This document shows, in pieces, positions 9,483 to 18,308 of a DNA stretch of 64,000 nucleotides (position 1 is the stretch's first letter; each line of letters opens with the position of its first letter). The notes beneath the pieces are model-generated. The model worked only from the letters and a program-made list of their open reading frames with translations. It searched no databases and was not told the DNA's origin. The stretch comes from an uncultured Methanolobus sp. (GTDB lineage: Archaea; Halobacteriota; Methanosarcinia; Methanosarcinales; Methanosarcinaceae): contig OY776215.1 in NCBI GenBank assembly GCA_963675495.1, positions 1,280,001 to 1,344,000 of the forward strand, read 5' to 3'. Both the position numbers and the translations under genes were made by a program.

Positions 9483-9765
9483 GAATCGGCTACCTGTGTG
9501 GAAGAGATTTGACTGTTACAATATAACTATTCCGTGAATATACAAAAGAATAACCCGGCAGATAGTTCTGTAGGTAAACAGGCGTTGTACAAATCCTCCT
9601 CTAGTTGGCGATAAAAGTGATGGTATCAAGGTGTCAGAGAAATACCACTCCACGCCTCCAGCTGTTTGCTTGGTGTCGCGAAAGAAGTATCTGGTGATAG
9701 TGTAAGCACATGAAACTCTATTATTCTGAATTGTGGAATACTGGAATTCACAAATCCGGATAATC

Positions 9766-9798
9766 CATATATAGTATACTACACTATACTATAGTATA
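9766..9798 (+). promoter_or_regulatory. TATA box and palindromic operator of the TA operon (probably leaderless mRNA)
   Basis: CATATATA about 25 nt before the ATG; overlapping palindromes including ATACTATAGTAT near 9787-9798. Confidence 0.5.
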
Positions 9799-10034
9799 TG
9801 GCTACCGCTACAACTATAAAAATTGACCCCGGGCTGAAGGATAACCTTGATAAGTTGAAGTTATTCCCCAGGGAAACATATAATGAAGTGGTTTCCCGCC
9901 TTGTGGATATGGCATATGACCAGGAGCCGCTGAGCGATGAGACGATCAACAGGATCGAAGAAGCACTGGAAGACTTCAAACGTGGTAGATATTACACTCA
10001 GGAAGAAGTAGAGGCTGAACTGGGGCTTCGGTAA
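9798..10034 (+). CDS. Antitoxin (RHH-like N-terminus) of a type II TA pair
   Basis: TTIKI...K..L..LK....ETYNEVV.RL motif, acidic C-terminus, TAATG overlap with the toxin. Confidence 0.8.
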   Translation: MATATTIKIDPGLKDNLDKLKLFPRETYNEVVSRLVDMAYDQEPLSDETINRIEEALEDFKRGRYYTQEEVEAELGLR

Positions 10035-10297
10035 TGTACTCAATCCTCTATTCGCCTGCTGCGTTGAAAGACCTTAAAAATCTCCCCATAGATATTGCGC
10101 AAAAAGTGGTTAAATCTATCAAAGGCATTGGTGACAATCCAAAGGTGCATGTTAAAAAACTCAAAGGATCTCCGAAGTCTCCACTTTATTCATTAAGAGT
10201 GGGTGAATATCGTGTTATCATGAGTATTGAAGGCGAAAAGCTGGTTATATTTGTTATTGAAGTAGGGTATAGGAGCAAGATATATCGAAAGTATTGA
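10034..10297 (+). CDS. relE: RelE/ParE family toxin
   Basis: Basic 87 aa; A.KDLK.L, KKLKG, YSLRVGEYRVI, VGYRSKIY motifs. Confidence 0.88.
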   Translation: MYSILYSPAALKDLKNLPIDIAQKVVKSIKGIGDNPKVHVKKLKGSPKSPLYSLRVGEYRVIMSIEGEKLVIFVIEVGYRSKIYRKY

Positions 10298-10309
10298 GTG
10301 GAAAATAGC

Positions 10310-10424
10310 TTTGTATAAAAACTACCGCAATATCGGCCGTATGTCCACTCGGATCAGTATACTTCACCGGATTGTCCAGCGCATGAGCGTGCCTGTTCAA
10401 CGCCTGCAAATTGTATATGCCCAT
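10310..10424 (-). pseudogene. Remnant of the C-terminal end of an RHS repeat-associated core
   Basis: Manual translation MGIYNLQALNRHAHALDNPVKYTDPSGHTADIAV matches the Rhs core-end consensus (PQ.LNRY.Y..NNP..Y.DP.G). No upstream core remains. Confidence 0.7.
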
Positions 10425-10479
10425 TGGGGAGTTCTCCTAACTCCGTTCAAGCCCATCATGCAATAATTAGATGAAGCAG

Positions 10480-10525
10480 TAGTGATGCTTTTGAAATATG
10501 CCATACTTTCAAATCCCCATCACTA
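10480..10525 (-). terminator. Imperfect hairpin downstream of the LysE gene
   Basis: TAGTGATG..TTTGAAA....TTTCAAA..CATCACTA. Confidence 0.45.
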
Positions 10526-10526
10526 A

Positions 10527-11153
10527 TTATTGATGTGAAAGTGCAAGCTCCACAGCAATAAATGAGTATATGCCAGCCTTGATCCAGTTTATATGTTTAC
10601 CCATATTCGGCCTTTCCATAATTTTGATGCCAATAAAACCTGCAAAGAACGATACAATGAAGAAGACCACCAGAGCCTGGACAAGGAATACAGCCCCAAG
10701 GAAGATCATCTGTGTTGGAACACTTCCAGCATTTGCATTCACGAACTGGGGCAGGAATGCCAGGAAGAATAAGGAAACTTTGGGATTCAGCAGGTTCATG
10801 AAGATGCCTCTTTTGTAAAGGAGGGAATGATCGGTCTCTTTTACACTCTCCATAGAGGTAAAGCCACCTTCTTCGCGAATTGCTTTGTAAGCAAGGTACA
10901 GAAGATAGATCGCTCCTGCATATTTCAGTATTGAAAAAGCAACTGCAGAACTGTACAATATTGCAGAAACACCCAATGCTGCTGCCGTTGTGTGGAACAA
11001 CAACCCGGTACACAGACCTGATGCAGTTGACATTCCGGCTGTCTTTCCCTGGGATATGCTCATCGTAAGAACAAAAATGATATCAGGACCAGGTAACAGA
11101 GTGAGAGCTACCGAGGCTGCGATGAAGTAGAGGAGTTGTGTTGGTTCTATCAA
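10527..11153 (-). CDS. LysE/RhtB family amino-acid exporter
   Basis: LPGPD, KYAGAIYLLYL, NLLNPK..LFFLAFLPQF motifs. TTG start. Confidence 0.9.
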   Translation of the reverse strand: MIEPTQLLYFIAASVALTLLPGPDIIFVLTMSISQGKTAGMSTASGLCTGLLFHTTAAALGVSAILYSSAVAFSILKYAGAIYLLYLAYKAIREEGGFTSMESVKETDHSLLYKRGIFMNLLNPKVSLFFLAFLPQFVNANAGSVPTQMIFLGAVFLVQALVVFFIVSFFAGFIGIKIMERPNMGKHINWIKAGIYSFIAVELALSHQ

Positions 11154-11290
11154 TTATTCACCCTTTTTCCGGGAAAATCAGGAATATAACATTAAATTTC
11201 TGATGATTGCATATATGAAGACAGAATTCTATAAATAAATCTTCCTATTATGAACTATCCAGATACAACAATATCCGCGGAGGAGTTTTT

Positions 11291-12541
11291 ATCAAAATAC
11301 AGATACCTTATGGAAAAGAATTTGTTGACCTTGATGTGGAAATTCCTCATGAGGTCATTGCACCTAACCATGTCGAAGTTGGAGATGAATCTGACATTAT
11401 CACTGAGTCTTTGAATGAACCTGTTGGAATGGACTCACTTGAGGATTTCATGAAAAACAGTGATAAGCTCCTGATACTTGTAAACGATGCAACCAGACCG
11501 ACACCAACAGCGAAGGTGCTTGCTGAGATGCGTGATGCTCTCAGGAACCACAATGATGTAAGGTTTCTTGTTGCAACCGGCGCACACAGGGGACCAACAG
11601 AAGATGAGTTCAGGTATATCTTCGGGGAAATATATGATGAGTTCAAGGACAGGATATTCGTCCACGATGCACGCAGGGATGAGGATATGGAATACCTTGG
11701 TGTTTCAACCAACGGCACTGAGATGTATCTCAACAAGATGGTGAATGAAAGCAAGAACATCATTGTGATCGGAAGTGTGGAACCTCACTATTTTGCAGGT
11801 TACACCGGAGGAAGAAAAGCATTCCTTCCAGGTGTTGCAGCATACAAAACAATCGAGATGAACCACAAACATGCACTCTCAGATGCTGCACAACCCCTTG
11901 CCATCAAGGGAAATCCTGTTGCAGAGGACATGGAAGATGCAATGAAAGTACTAAAGGACCTGAACGTATTCTCCATACAGACCGTCCTGACAGCAGACCA
12001 CGGATTGTACGCCATGATCTCAGGCGATCTTTTTGAGTCATTCGATATTGCAGTTGAAAAAGCAAATGAAGTATTCTGTTCAAAATGCACCCGCAAAGGA
12101 AACATCGTACTTACCGCTGCACCTTATCCAATGGATATCGACCTCTACCAGTCCCAGAAAGCGCTTGAGAACGGAAAACTTGCGCTGGAGGAAGGAGGGG
12201 TCATCATCCTGGTATCCAAATGCAGGGATGGTGTAGGAGATGACACGTTCCTGAACCTGCTCTGCTCTGCAAATACATGTGAAGATGTAATGTGCAAGAT
12301 AGATGAAGGATACAAACTGGGATACCATAAAGCAGCCAAGATGGCACAGATAGGTGTCTATGCAGAAATGTGGGCAATATCAGACCTGCACCATGATACG
12401 ATTAAAATGGCAAAGCTGGAGCCATGCATGGATATACAGAAAACCTTAGACAGAGCCATATCAAAAGTAAAAGAACAGGGAAAGGAACCTTATGCGGTAA
12501 TCCTTCCGCAGGGAAGCCTGACCGTTCCATTGCTCGAATGA
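11291..12541 (+). CDS. larA: Nickel-pincer-dependent lactate racemase family protein (LarA homologue)
   Basis: NDATRPTP, ATGAHR, PHYFAGYTGGRK, YQSQK motifs. The conserved IKIQIPYGK N-terminus implies an ATC start at 11291 (track start 11336). Confidence 0.85.
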   Translation: MKIQIPYGKEFVDLDVEIPHEVIAPNHVEVGDESDIITESLNEPVGMDSLEDFMKNSDKLLILVNDATRPTPTAKVLAEMRDALRNHNDVRFLVATGAHRGPTEDEFRYIFGEIYDEFKDRIFVHDARRDEDMEYLGVSTNGTEMYLNKMVNESKNIIVIGSVEPHYFAGYTGGRKAFLPGVAAYKTIEMNHKHALSDAAQPLAIKGNPVAEDMEDAMKVLKDLNVFSIQTVLTADHGLYAMISGDLFESFDIAVEKANEVFCSKCTRKGNIVLTAAPYPMDIDLYQSQKALENGKLALEEGGVIILVSKCRDGVGDDTFLNLLCSANTCEDVMCKIDEGYKLGYHKAAKMAQIGVYAEMWAISDLHHDTIKMAKLEPCMDIQKTLDRAISKVKEQGKEPYAVILPQGSLTVPLLE

Positions 12542-12603
12542 AAACGAAATATAAATTTGAGTGAAAATAAAAAGAATTTAGCAAATTAAAGCTGATTTCA
12601 GCT

Positions 12604-13878
12604 TTAAATTTGCATGTAACGTGCTGCTTCACCCAGGTCTTCTTCAATTCTGAGAAGCTGGTTGTATTTTCCAGTACGCTCACTTCTTGCAGGTGCTCCG
12701 GTTTTGATGAGGTCGGCACCAATTGCTACTGAAATATCAGCAATTGTTGTGTCCTCGGTCTCTGCGGAACGGTGGCTCACTACAACACTGTATCCATTGC
12801 GGTTTGCCATGTTAGCTGCATCGAATGACTCAGACAAGGAGCCTATCTGATTCACTTTCAAAAGCAGTGAATTTGCGGCACCCATTTCCACACCTCTTGC
12901 CAGACGTTCAACGTTTGTCACAAAAAGGTCATCACCTACGATGAAAGTATCCCATGCATCATTTGTTAAGGATGCGAAGTCTTCAAATGACTCCTCATGG
13001 AATGGGTCCTCAATAAGTATGATAGGATATGTTTCTATAAGCTCAAGGTAATAGTCAACGAGTTCAGCAGGTTTTAGCATTTTCCCGTCAATGGAATAAT
13101 TAGTTCCATCGAAGAACTCTGATGCTGCTGCATCAAGACCAATGCTTATCTCAGATTCCGTATATCCTGCTTCTTCAATTGCGCTCACAAGAGCATCAAG
13201 GGCATCAGCAGTCATTTCAATGGATGGTGCATAACCACCTTCATAGCCTACATTTGTTGCTGAAGCACCGTACTTTGATTCAAGTATCTTGGCAAGTGCA
13301 TGATATGTTTCAGTACCCATACGCAGAGCTTCAGAATAAGATTCTGCACCTTTTGGCTGAATCATGAATTCCTGAATGGAAAGATCGTTACCTGCGTGTT
13401 TTCCACCGTTAAGCACGTTCATTGTCGGAACAGGAAGTGTATAGGCATTAATTCCACCAAGGTAGCGGTAAAGTGGCATGTTCATGGAATCAGCTGCTGC
13501 TCTGGCAACTGCCATGGAAACACCAAGAATAGAGTTTGCACCAAGTTCCATCTTGTTCTCAGTACCATCCAATGCCAGCATCAGACCATCGATCTCACGC
13601 TGCTTTCTGACGTCCATGCCCAATATTTCGGCTTCTATGGTCGTGTTCACATTGTCAATTGCATCAAGAACACCTTTTCCCCTGTAACGGTCTTCTTTGT
13701 CGCGCAACTCAAGTGCTTCATTGCTTCCTGTAGATGCACCGGAAGGAACACTAGCCCTGCCAAATCCACATGAAGTATAGACATCTACTTCAACTGTAGG
13801 GTTTCCTCGGGAGTCCAGAATCTCACGTGCATGAATCTTTCTTATTTTGTAATTGCTGTCATCATCAATATACGGCAT
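12604..13878 (-). CDS. eno: Enolase
   Basis: REILDSRGNPTVEV, VPSGASTG, LLKVNQIG, SHRS.ETED, IKTGAP.RSER. ATG 13878 follows an AGGTGG SD. Confidence 0.96.
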   Translation of the reverse strand: MPYIDDDSNYKIRKIHAREILDSRGNPTVEVDVYTSCGFGRASVPSGASTGSNEALELRDKEDRYRGKGVLDAIDNVNTTIEAEILGMDVRKQREIDGLMLALDGTENKMELGANSILGVSMAVARAAADSMNMPLYRYLGGINAYTLPVPTMNVLNGGKHAGNDLSIQEFMIQPKGAESYSEALRMGTETYHALAKILESKYGASATNVGYEGGYAPSIEMTADALDALVSAIEEAGYTESEISIGLDAAASEFFDGTNYSIDGKMLKPAELVDYYLELIETYPIILIEDPFHEESFEDFASLTNDAWDTFIVGDDLFVTNVERLARGVEMGAANSLLLKVNQIGSLSESFDAANMANRNGYSVVVSHRSAETEDTTIADISVAIGADLIKTGAPARSERTGKYNQLLRIEEDLGEAARYMQI

Positions 13879-14034
13879 CCTATTCCACCTTTGTCTTATT
13901 ATAACACCTACTTTGCAATTACCGTATATATTGTTACCGTTCATTTCTTTTATTCAAATAAATTAGTTAAATTAAATTAAACCGCAATTATATATACATA
14001 AATTATATAAACTTAAAAGTATTATTAGTAACGA

Positions 14035-14418
14035 ATGAAAACTGGAGATATTGACCTTTTAGATGGGAAAGGTTATGAAATAATCGAACTTTTGCAAGGT
14101 CTGGAGGTACCCAGAACCGAAGCAATATCTATTGCCTGCCTGGTATGCGCAGATGAATTGACATCCCAGAACATTGAACAGGCATCAGGGTTAAGACAAC
14201 CGGAAGTAAGTATCGCTATGCGTCCATTGAGGGAAAGAGGATGGATAGATGAAAGGAACGAAAAAAAGAATACAGACAAAGGAAGACCTGTAAAATATTA
14301 CAAACTTGTTGTGCCATTTGAAGATATTGTGAAGACATTTGAGTCTAAAGCCCTTAAAAGGAATCTGGAAATGATCGATGCCCTCGAGCAACTCAAGGGA
14401 CTTAGTAATAATGGTTAA
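14035..14418 (+). CDS. Winged-helix transcriptional regulator (Methanosarcinales ArsR/MarR-like)
   Basis: IE..SGLRQPEVSIAM..LR.RGWI and KGRP.K.YKL motifs. Confidence 0.8.
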   Translation: MKTGDIDLLDGKGYEIIELLQGLEVPRTEAISIACLVCADELTSQNIEQASGLRQPEVSIAMRPLRERGWIDERNEKKNTDKGRPVKYYKLVVPFEDIVKTFESKALKRNLEMIDALEQLKGLSNNG

Positions 14419-14427
14419 TTGGGTTTA

Positions 14428-14871
14428 TTATTCATCCGAAAATGTTACAGGGGCAAAACCTCTTTTCGGATCAAATACCCTGTTAGCTGATATTCCTGAT
14501 ATTTCCATGATAAATATCTCTACAACCATGAATACTTCACTTTCTCTCCGCAAGCAACCTGTTTTAACAGATTCACCCCTTCCTGCAGCTGCATGAAGGT
14601 GTATCTTTGGCTTGCCATCCTCCCGGAATATATTGCCAATACCTATTAGCTCATGGGCATCACTGAATTTTGCCCATTGTGGATCAGGAGGAACATCATT
14701 TGTCTTGGGACCTACAACAAGGCTTGCTTCTTTTACAGCCCCAAGCATCATGAACATCGCAGACCTGATATCTTCTGTGACAGCCAGACCTTCAAGTTCG
14801 CAGAGAATATCGTCCCCCTGGTCCAGACGAACTGTAAATACCCTTCCGATGTTTCCTATTTTATATTCCAT
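14428..14871 (-). CDS. PPC/DUF296 domain protein
   Basis: VRLDQGDD, LGAV, HLH metal motif. Confidence 0.85.
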   Translation of the reverse strand: MEYKIGNIGRVFTVRLDQGDDILCELEGLAVTEDIRSAMFMMLGAVKEASLVVGPKTNDVPPDPQWAKFSDAHELIGIGNIFREDGKPKIHLHAAAGRGESVKTGCLRRESEVFMVVEIFIMEISGISANRVFDPKRGFAPVTFSDE

Positions 14872-14875
14872 GAAT

Positions 14876-15577
14876 TCACCTTTCTACTGAACCTCCCGAT
14901 ATCCTACCATCAACGATCCTGATGATACGATCGGTCTTTTTGGACATTTCTTCATCATGAGTAACAAGAATAAAGGTCTGTCCCCTGTCACGATTGAGTT
15001 TTCGCAGCAGGTCATAGATCATGTCGCTTGCCTTCGTATCAAGATTACCGGTAGGTTCATCGCCTATAACTATACCGGGATCGTTAGCAAGAGCGCGGGC
15101 AATGGCAACTCTCTGGGCCTGGCCACCTGAGAGCTGACTTGGGCGGTGTTCCATACGATCACCCAGACCAACCTCTTCAAGTAAAGCAGAAGCTTTCCTT
15201 TTTGCATCTTTGTTTTTCATTCCACCTATCAAAAGAGGCATCATAACATTCTCAAGAGCATTGAAATCAGGCATTAGATGATGATACTGGAAAATAAAAC
15301 CTAATACTTCATTACGTACTTTGGACCTCTCTTTTTCTGACATCTCGGTAATTACCCTTCCATCTATGGAGATCCTACCGGAAGTCGGAGTATCAAGGAT
15401 ACCTATCATGTGCAAAAGAGTACTTTTTCCAGACCCGGATGGACCAATAATAGAAAGGAACTCACCTCTTTTGATATCAAGATCCACGTCATCAAGAGCA
15501 TGAACTTCAACCCCATTCACGTATATCTTGGAAAGTCCACGTATCTGAATAATATCTGACCTGTTATCATCAGCCAA
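14876..15577 (-). CDS. ABC transporter ATP-binding protein, LolD-like
   Basis: GPSGSGKST, GFIFQYHHL.PDF.ALENV.MP (LolD-like), LSGGQAQR, DEPTGNLD. Confidence 0.92.
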   Translation of the reverse strand: MADDNRSDIIQIRGLSKIYVNGVEVHALDDVDLDIKRGEFLSIIGPSGSGKSTLLHMIGILDTPTSGRISIDGRVITEMSEKERSKVRNEVLGFIFQYHHLMPDFNALENVMMPLLIGGMKNKDAKRKASALLEEVGLGDRMEHRPSQLSGGQAQRVAIARALANDPGIVIGDEPTGNLDTKASDMIYDLLRKLNRDRGQTFILVTHDEEMSKKTDRIIRIVDGRISGGSVER

Positions 15578-15726
15578 AATAAAAACCTCTGGTACGTTTA
15601 TTGAGGTTTAGACTATTTCAATGTATTTAATTTATGAGAGTGGATGGCAAAGACATATCTGTCCTATGAATTGTAAAAAATAGATATGAAAGGAAAGTCA
15701 AAATAAAAAATAACGGAAAAAGGATT

Positions 15727-16833
15727 TCAATAAGATGGATCCATTCCGTCTATCTGTGAAAATGCACGGTCAACTTCTTTTTCGTTGGCAACACGGTCCT
15801 TCTTTGCACGTTCATACTTGATGGCATCCACAGCTACCGCATAAAGGTTCTCAAGTTCGGATGCGGATTCAAGAGTCAGAACTGCGAGTACTTGCGGCAG
15901 TTCGCCATCCCGGACAATAATACCTTTGAAAACGTGACCTACAGAACTTGATAACTGATCAATTTCAGTGGATATCTCATCAATGCTCAGGCGCTCCCGA
16001 TCGCCCCTTATAATAACCATAGCCCTGCTGGCTTCTTCGTAGACATCACTAGAGAACAGTAAACCAGATGGAGAAAGAGCTTTCTGAATAGCGGTCCTCA
16101 CAGGCACATCCGTATCTGCTTCATAGAAACCTATTGTCGCAAGCCCTGCACCACCACTCATGACAGTCTTGAAGTCACCAAGGTCAGTGACCATCATCAT
16201 TTCACTGTCAAGGGCATCTAGCAGGAAAAGGAGGCGTCTGGCCACCATATCATTGATACCGTTGTAAGCGGATTCAACATTGCCACCCATTTGTTTAAGG
16301 AACTGGTTGTCAGCAAGTATAATTCCATCTGCTCCACTTTCACGAATATCTCTTAAGCAAAAAGCGGCATTTTGAAGATAAAGCGTGCCCTCTTCCCTGA
16401 AAGGAAGTACCACTACGGCGTAAACCGGAAAATCATGCTTTTCCTTTAGTTCCTCTACAAGCATGGGGGTAAATGAAGAACCGGTCCCACCTGATGCGGA
16501 TGTTATAACAAAACATACATCGAAGTTGCCTCTTTCCTCTATCTGCCTCATTATATGGGTCTTGTTATCCTCAAAAACATGTTTACCCACATTTCGGTTG
16601 GCTCCAACGCCATGCAAATGAGGAATATGTATCCTGTCCTTTGCTTTTGTGAACTTCATCTCCTTGAGATCATTCACTGCAGTATTGATAGCAATTGTTT
16701 GCACATTGCTTTTGTATTTTTGTTGGGACAAGTATTTGCCAAAGCGGCTTTTTTTACCAAAAGCCTCTCTGTTGATCGCATCCAATATGCGGTTTCCGCA
16801 TTGGCCGTTCCCAACGATGAGTATGTTGAGCAA
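15727..16833 (-). CDS. Divergent tubulin/FtsZ superfamily GTPase (CetZ-like / non-canonical FtsZ)
   Basis: GNGQCGNRI, AINT...DL, HGVGAN, SGGTGSS signature, VLPF..EG, DNQ. TTG start after GGAGG. Confidence 0.85.
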   Translation of the reverse strand: MLNILIVGNGQCGNRILDAINREAFGKKSRFGKYLSQQKYKSNVQTIAINTAVNDLKEMKFTKAKDRIHIPHLHGVGANRNVGKHVFEDNKTHIMRQIEERGNFDVCFVITSASGGTGSSFTPMLVEELKEKHDFPVYAVVVLPFREEGTLYLQNAAFCLRDIRESGADGIILADNQFLKQMGGNVESAYNGINDMVARRLLFLLDALDSEMMMVTDLGDFKTVMSGGAGLATIGFYEADTDVPVRTAIQKALSPSGLLFSSDVYEEASRAMVIIRGDRERLSIDEISTEIDQLSSSVGHVFKGIIVRDGELPQVLAVLTLESASELENLYAVAVDAIKYERAKKDRVANEKEVDRAFSQIDGMDPSY

Positions 16834-16910
16834 TTAATTCCTCCAGATGATAATATAATTATAATCAGATAAATCTTGTGATTGTTTTCCTTTAATTGTA
16901 AATCTATAGA

Positions 16911-18173
16911 TCAGAACTTATATTGTTTGTGCCTGTACAATATCCAGCCGACTATAGCTCCAATTATAACTAAAGGTATTGCATATACATATATAGGCTG
17001 CTCGAAGAGATGATCATATTTACCTTTTGTAACAAATATCTTGTTTGTCACTGATTCCGAGCTGACCTGCTGCAGTTGCGCATCAACGCCATTACTGAAA
17101 AGGTAACTGTTCTGAATAGTGATAGTATAAGTACCTACTTCTGCAGCCTTTAAAATAAAAGAGAATTCTTTTTCCTGCTGAACACCGAAAGATTCAATGT
17201 ATATTGTTGGAACACCTGAGATCGTCTCAATTCCTTGGCCACCTTCAAATTCCAGACCTTCAGGAACCTGAATATTCACTGTCACACCTGTTGCCGAAGT
17301 ATCCCCTGTATTTTTGATCTTAATGGTACCATGGATTCCAGCATTCCTATTAACTGTGTATTTATCAAGGGTTGTTGTGAATTCAAGATCAGCATTCACA
17401 ATATCCTCAGTTGCCCCCACTGTGATCACAGGGGAATTTGATGAAGCTTGTGGGAAATCCAATCCGGCTGTGTTTGAAAAACTGGCGGTAGTAGGTTCTA
17501 AAGTATAGGTACCGGATTCAGTTGCTTTCAACTGATAAACAAATATGGTTTTGGATTCACCCACTTCAACTGACGTGGATCCGGTCTGGCTTACAAAAGA
17601 TTCATATAACAAGAATTTTGCCTGCTGAGGATCCTGGAAGATAACGTCTGTTGCCTCATCGTCACCAACATTTTCAACATTCACGGTTACACGTACAAGG
17701 TCACCTACGTTGAGTTGAGATGTATCAACTGCCTTTGTGATCTTAAGTTCAGGAGTACCTGAATAAACAGCATACTTGTAGCCACCATCAACAATACCAT
17801 TTTCATAGACTTCGCCAATGTTATAGTCGCTAAGGATTATGGAAACCCTGACTACAGGAAGAGTACCACTGCTGACTGATACAAGCGTGACTTCTATTGT
17901 AGAGTCGTCCTCAAAGTCAAATTCATAAGAGTCATCCTCATTTACAAGGAAATCATCAACCTTGTTCCCATTATTGTACACGTAGAATGAGGCGGAATCT
18001 GCACTTGGAAATGCATCTGTAACATCGATGACAAAATTGTTTATCTGGTACCCATCACCCATTGTAATGGTACCATTATACAACTCTACCGCTGCGGAGG
18101 CATTTCCAGCCGTTGCCAGACAGAAAAGAACCATACACAGAGAAATAACAAAGAATCGGGTGAATCGAACCAT
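16911..18173 (-). CDS. Secreted Ig-like (DUF11/BatD-like) surface protein with C-terminal TM anchor
   Basis: Signal peptide, ITK.VD...VGD.V.VTV.VENVG repeats, C-terminal TM plus basic tail. Confidence 0.7.
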   Translation of the reverse strand: MVRFTRFFVISLCMVLFCLATAGNASAAVELYNGTITMGDGYQINNFVIDVTDAFPSADSASFYVYNNGNKVDDFLVNEDDSYEFDFEDDSTIEVTLVSVSSGTLPVVRVSIILSDYNIGEVYENGIVDGGYKYAVYSGTPELKITKAVDTSQLNVGDLVRVTVNVENVGDDEATDVIFQDPQQAKFLLYESFVSQTGSTSVEVGESKTIFVYQLKATESGTYTLEPTTASFSNTAGLDFPQASSNSPVITVGATEDIVNADLEFTTTLDKYTVNRNAGIHGTIKIKNTGDTSATGVTVNIQVPEGLEFEGGQGIETISGVPTIYIESFGVQQEKEFSFILKAAEVGTYTITIQNSYLFSNGVDAQLQQVSSESVTNKIFVTKGKYDHLFEQPIYVYAIPLVIIGAIVGWILYRHKQYKF

Positions 18174-18308
18174 ATTTTCCTCAGGAAGTCAGAATTTGAT
18201 TTTGTTTTTCAGTAAAATACGCTGTTTTTGATATAAATCTTATGATTATAATCGTTTTTAAAATTTGCGTGAGAACAAGCATTTATCGATATATGTTTCG
18301 CAAATCGC

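Noticed and set aside
12604-13878. Enolase motif variants (GYEGGYAP, SHRSAETED)
   Set aside because: The catalytic Glu, Lys, His, Arg and Ser are retained; most likely ordinary lineage variation.
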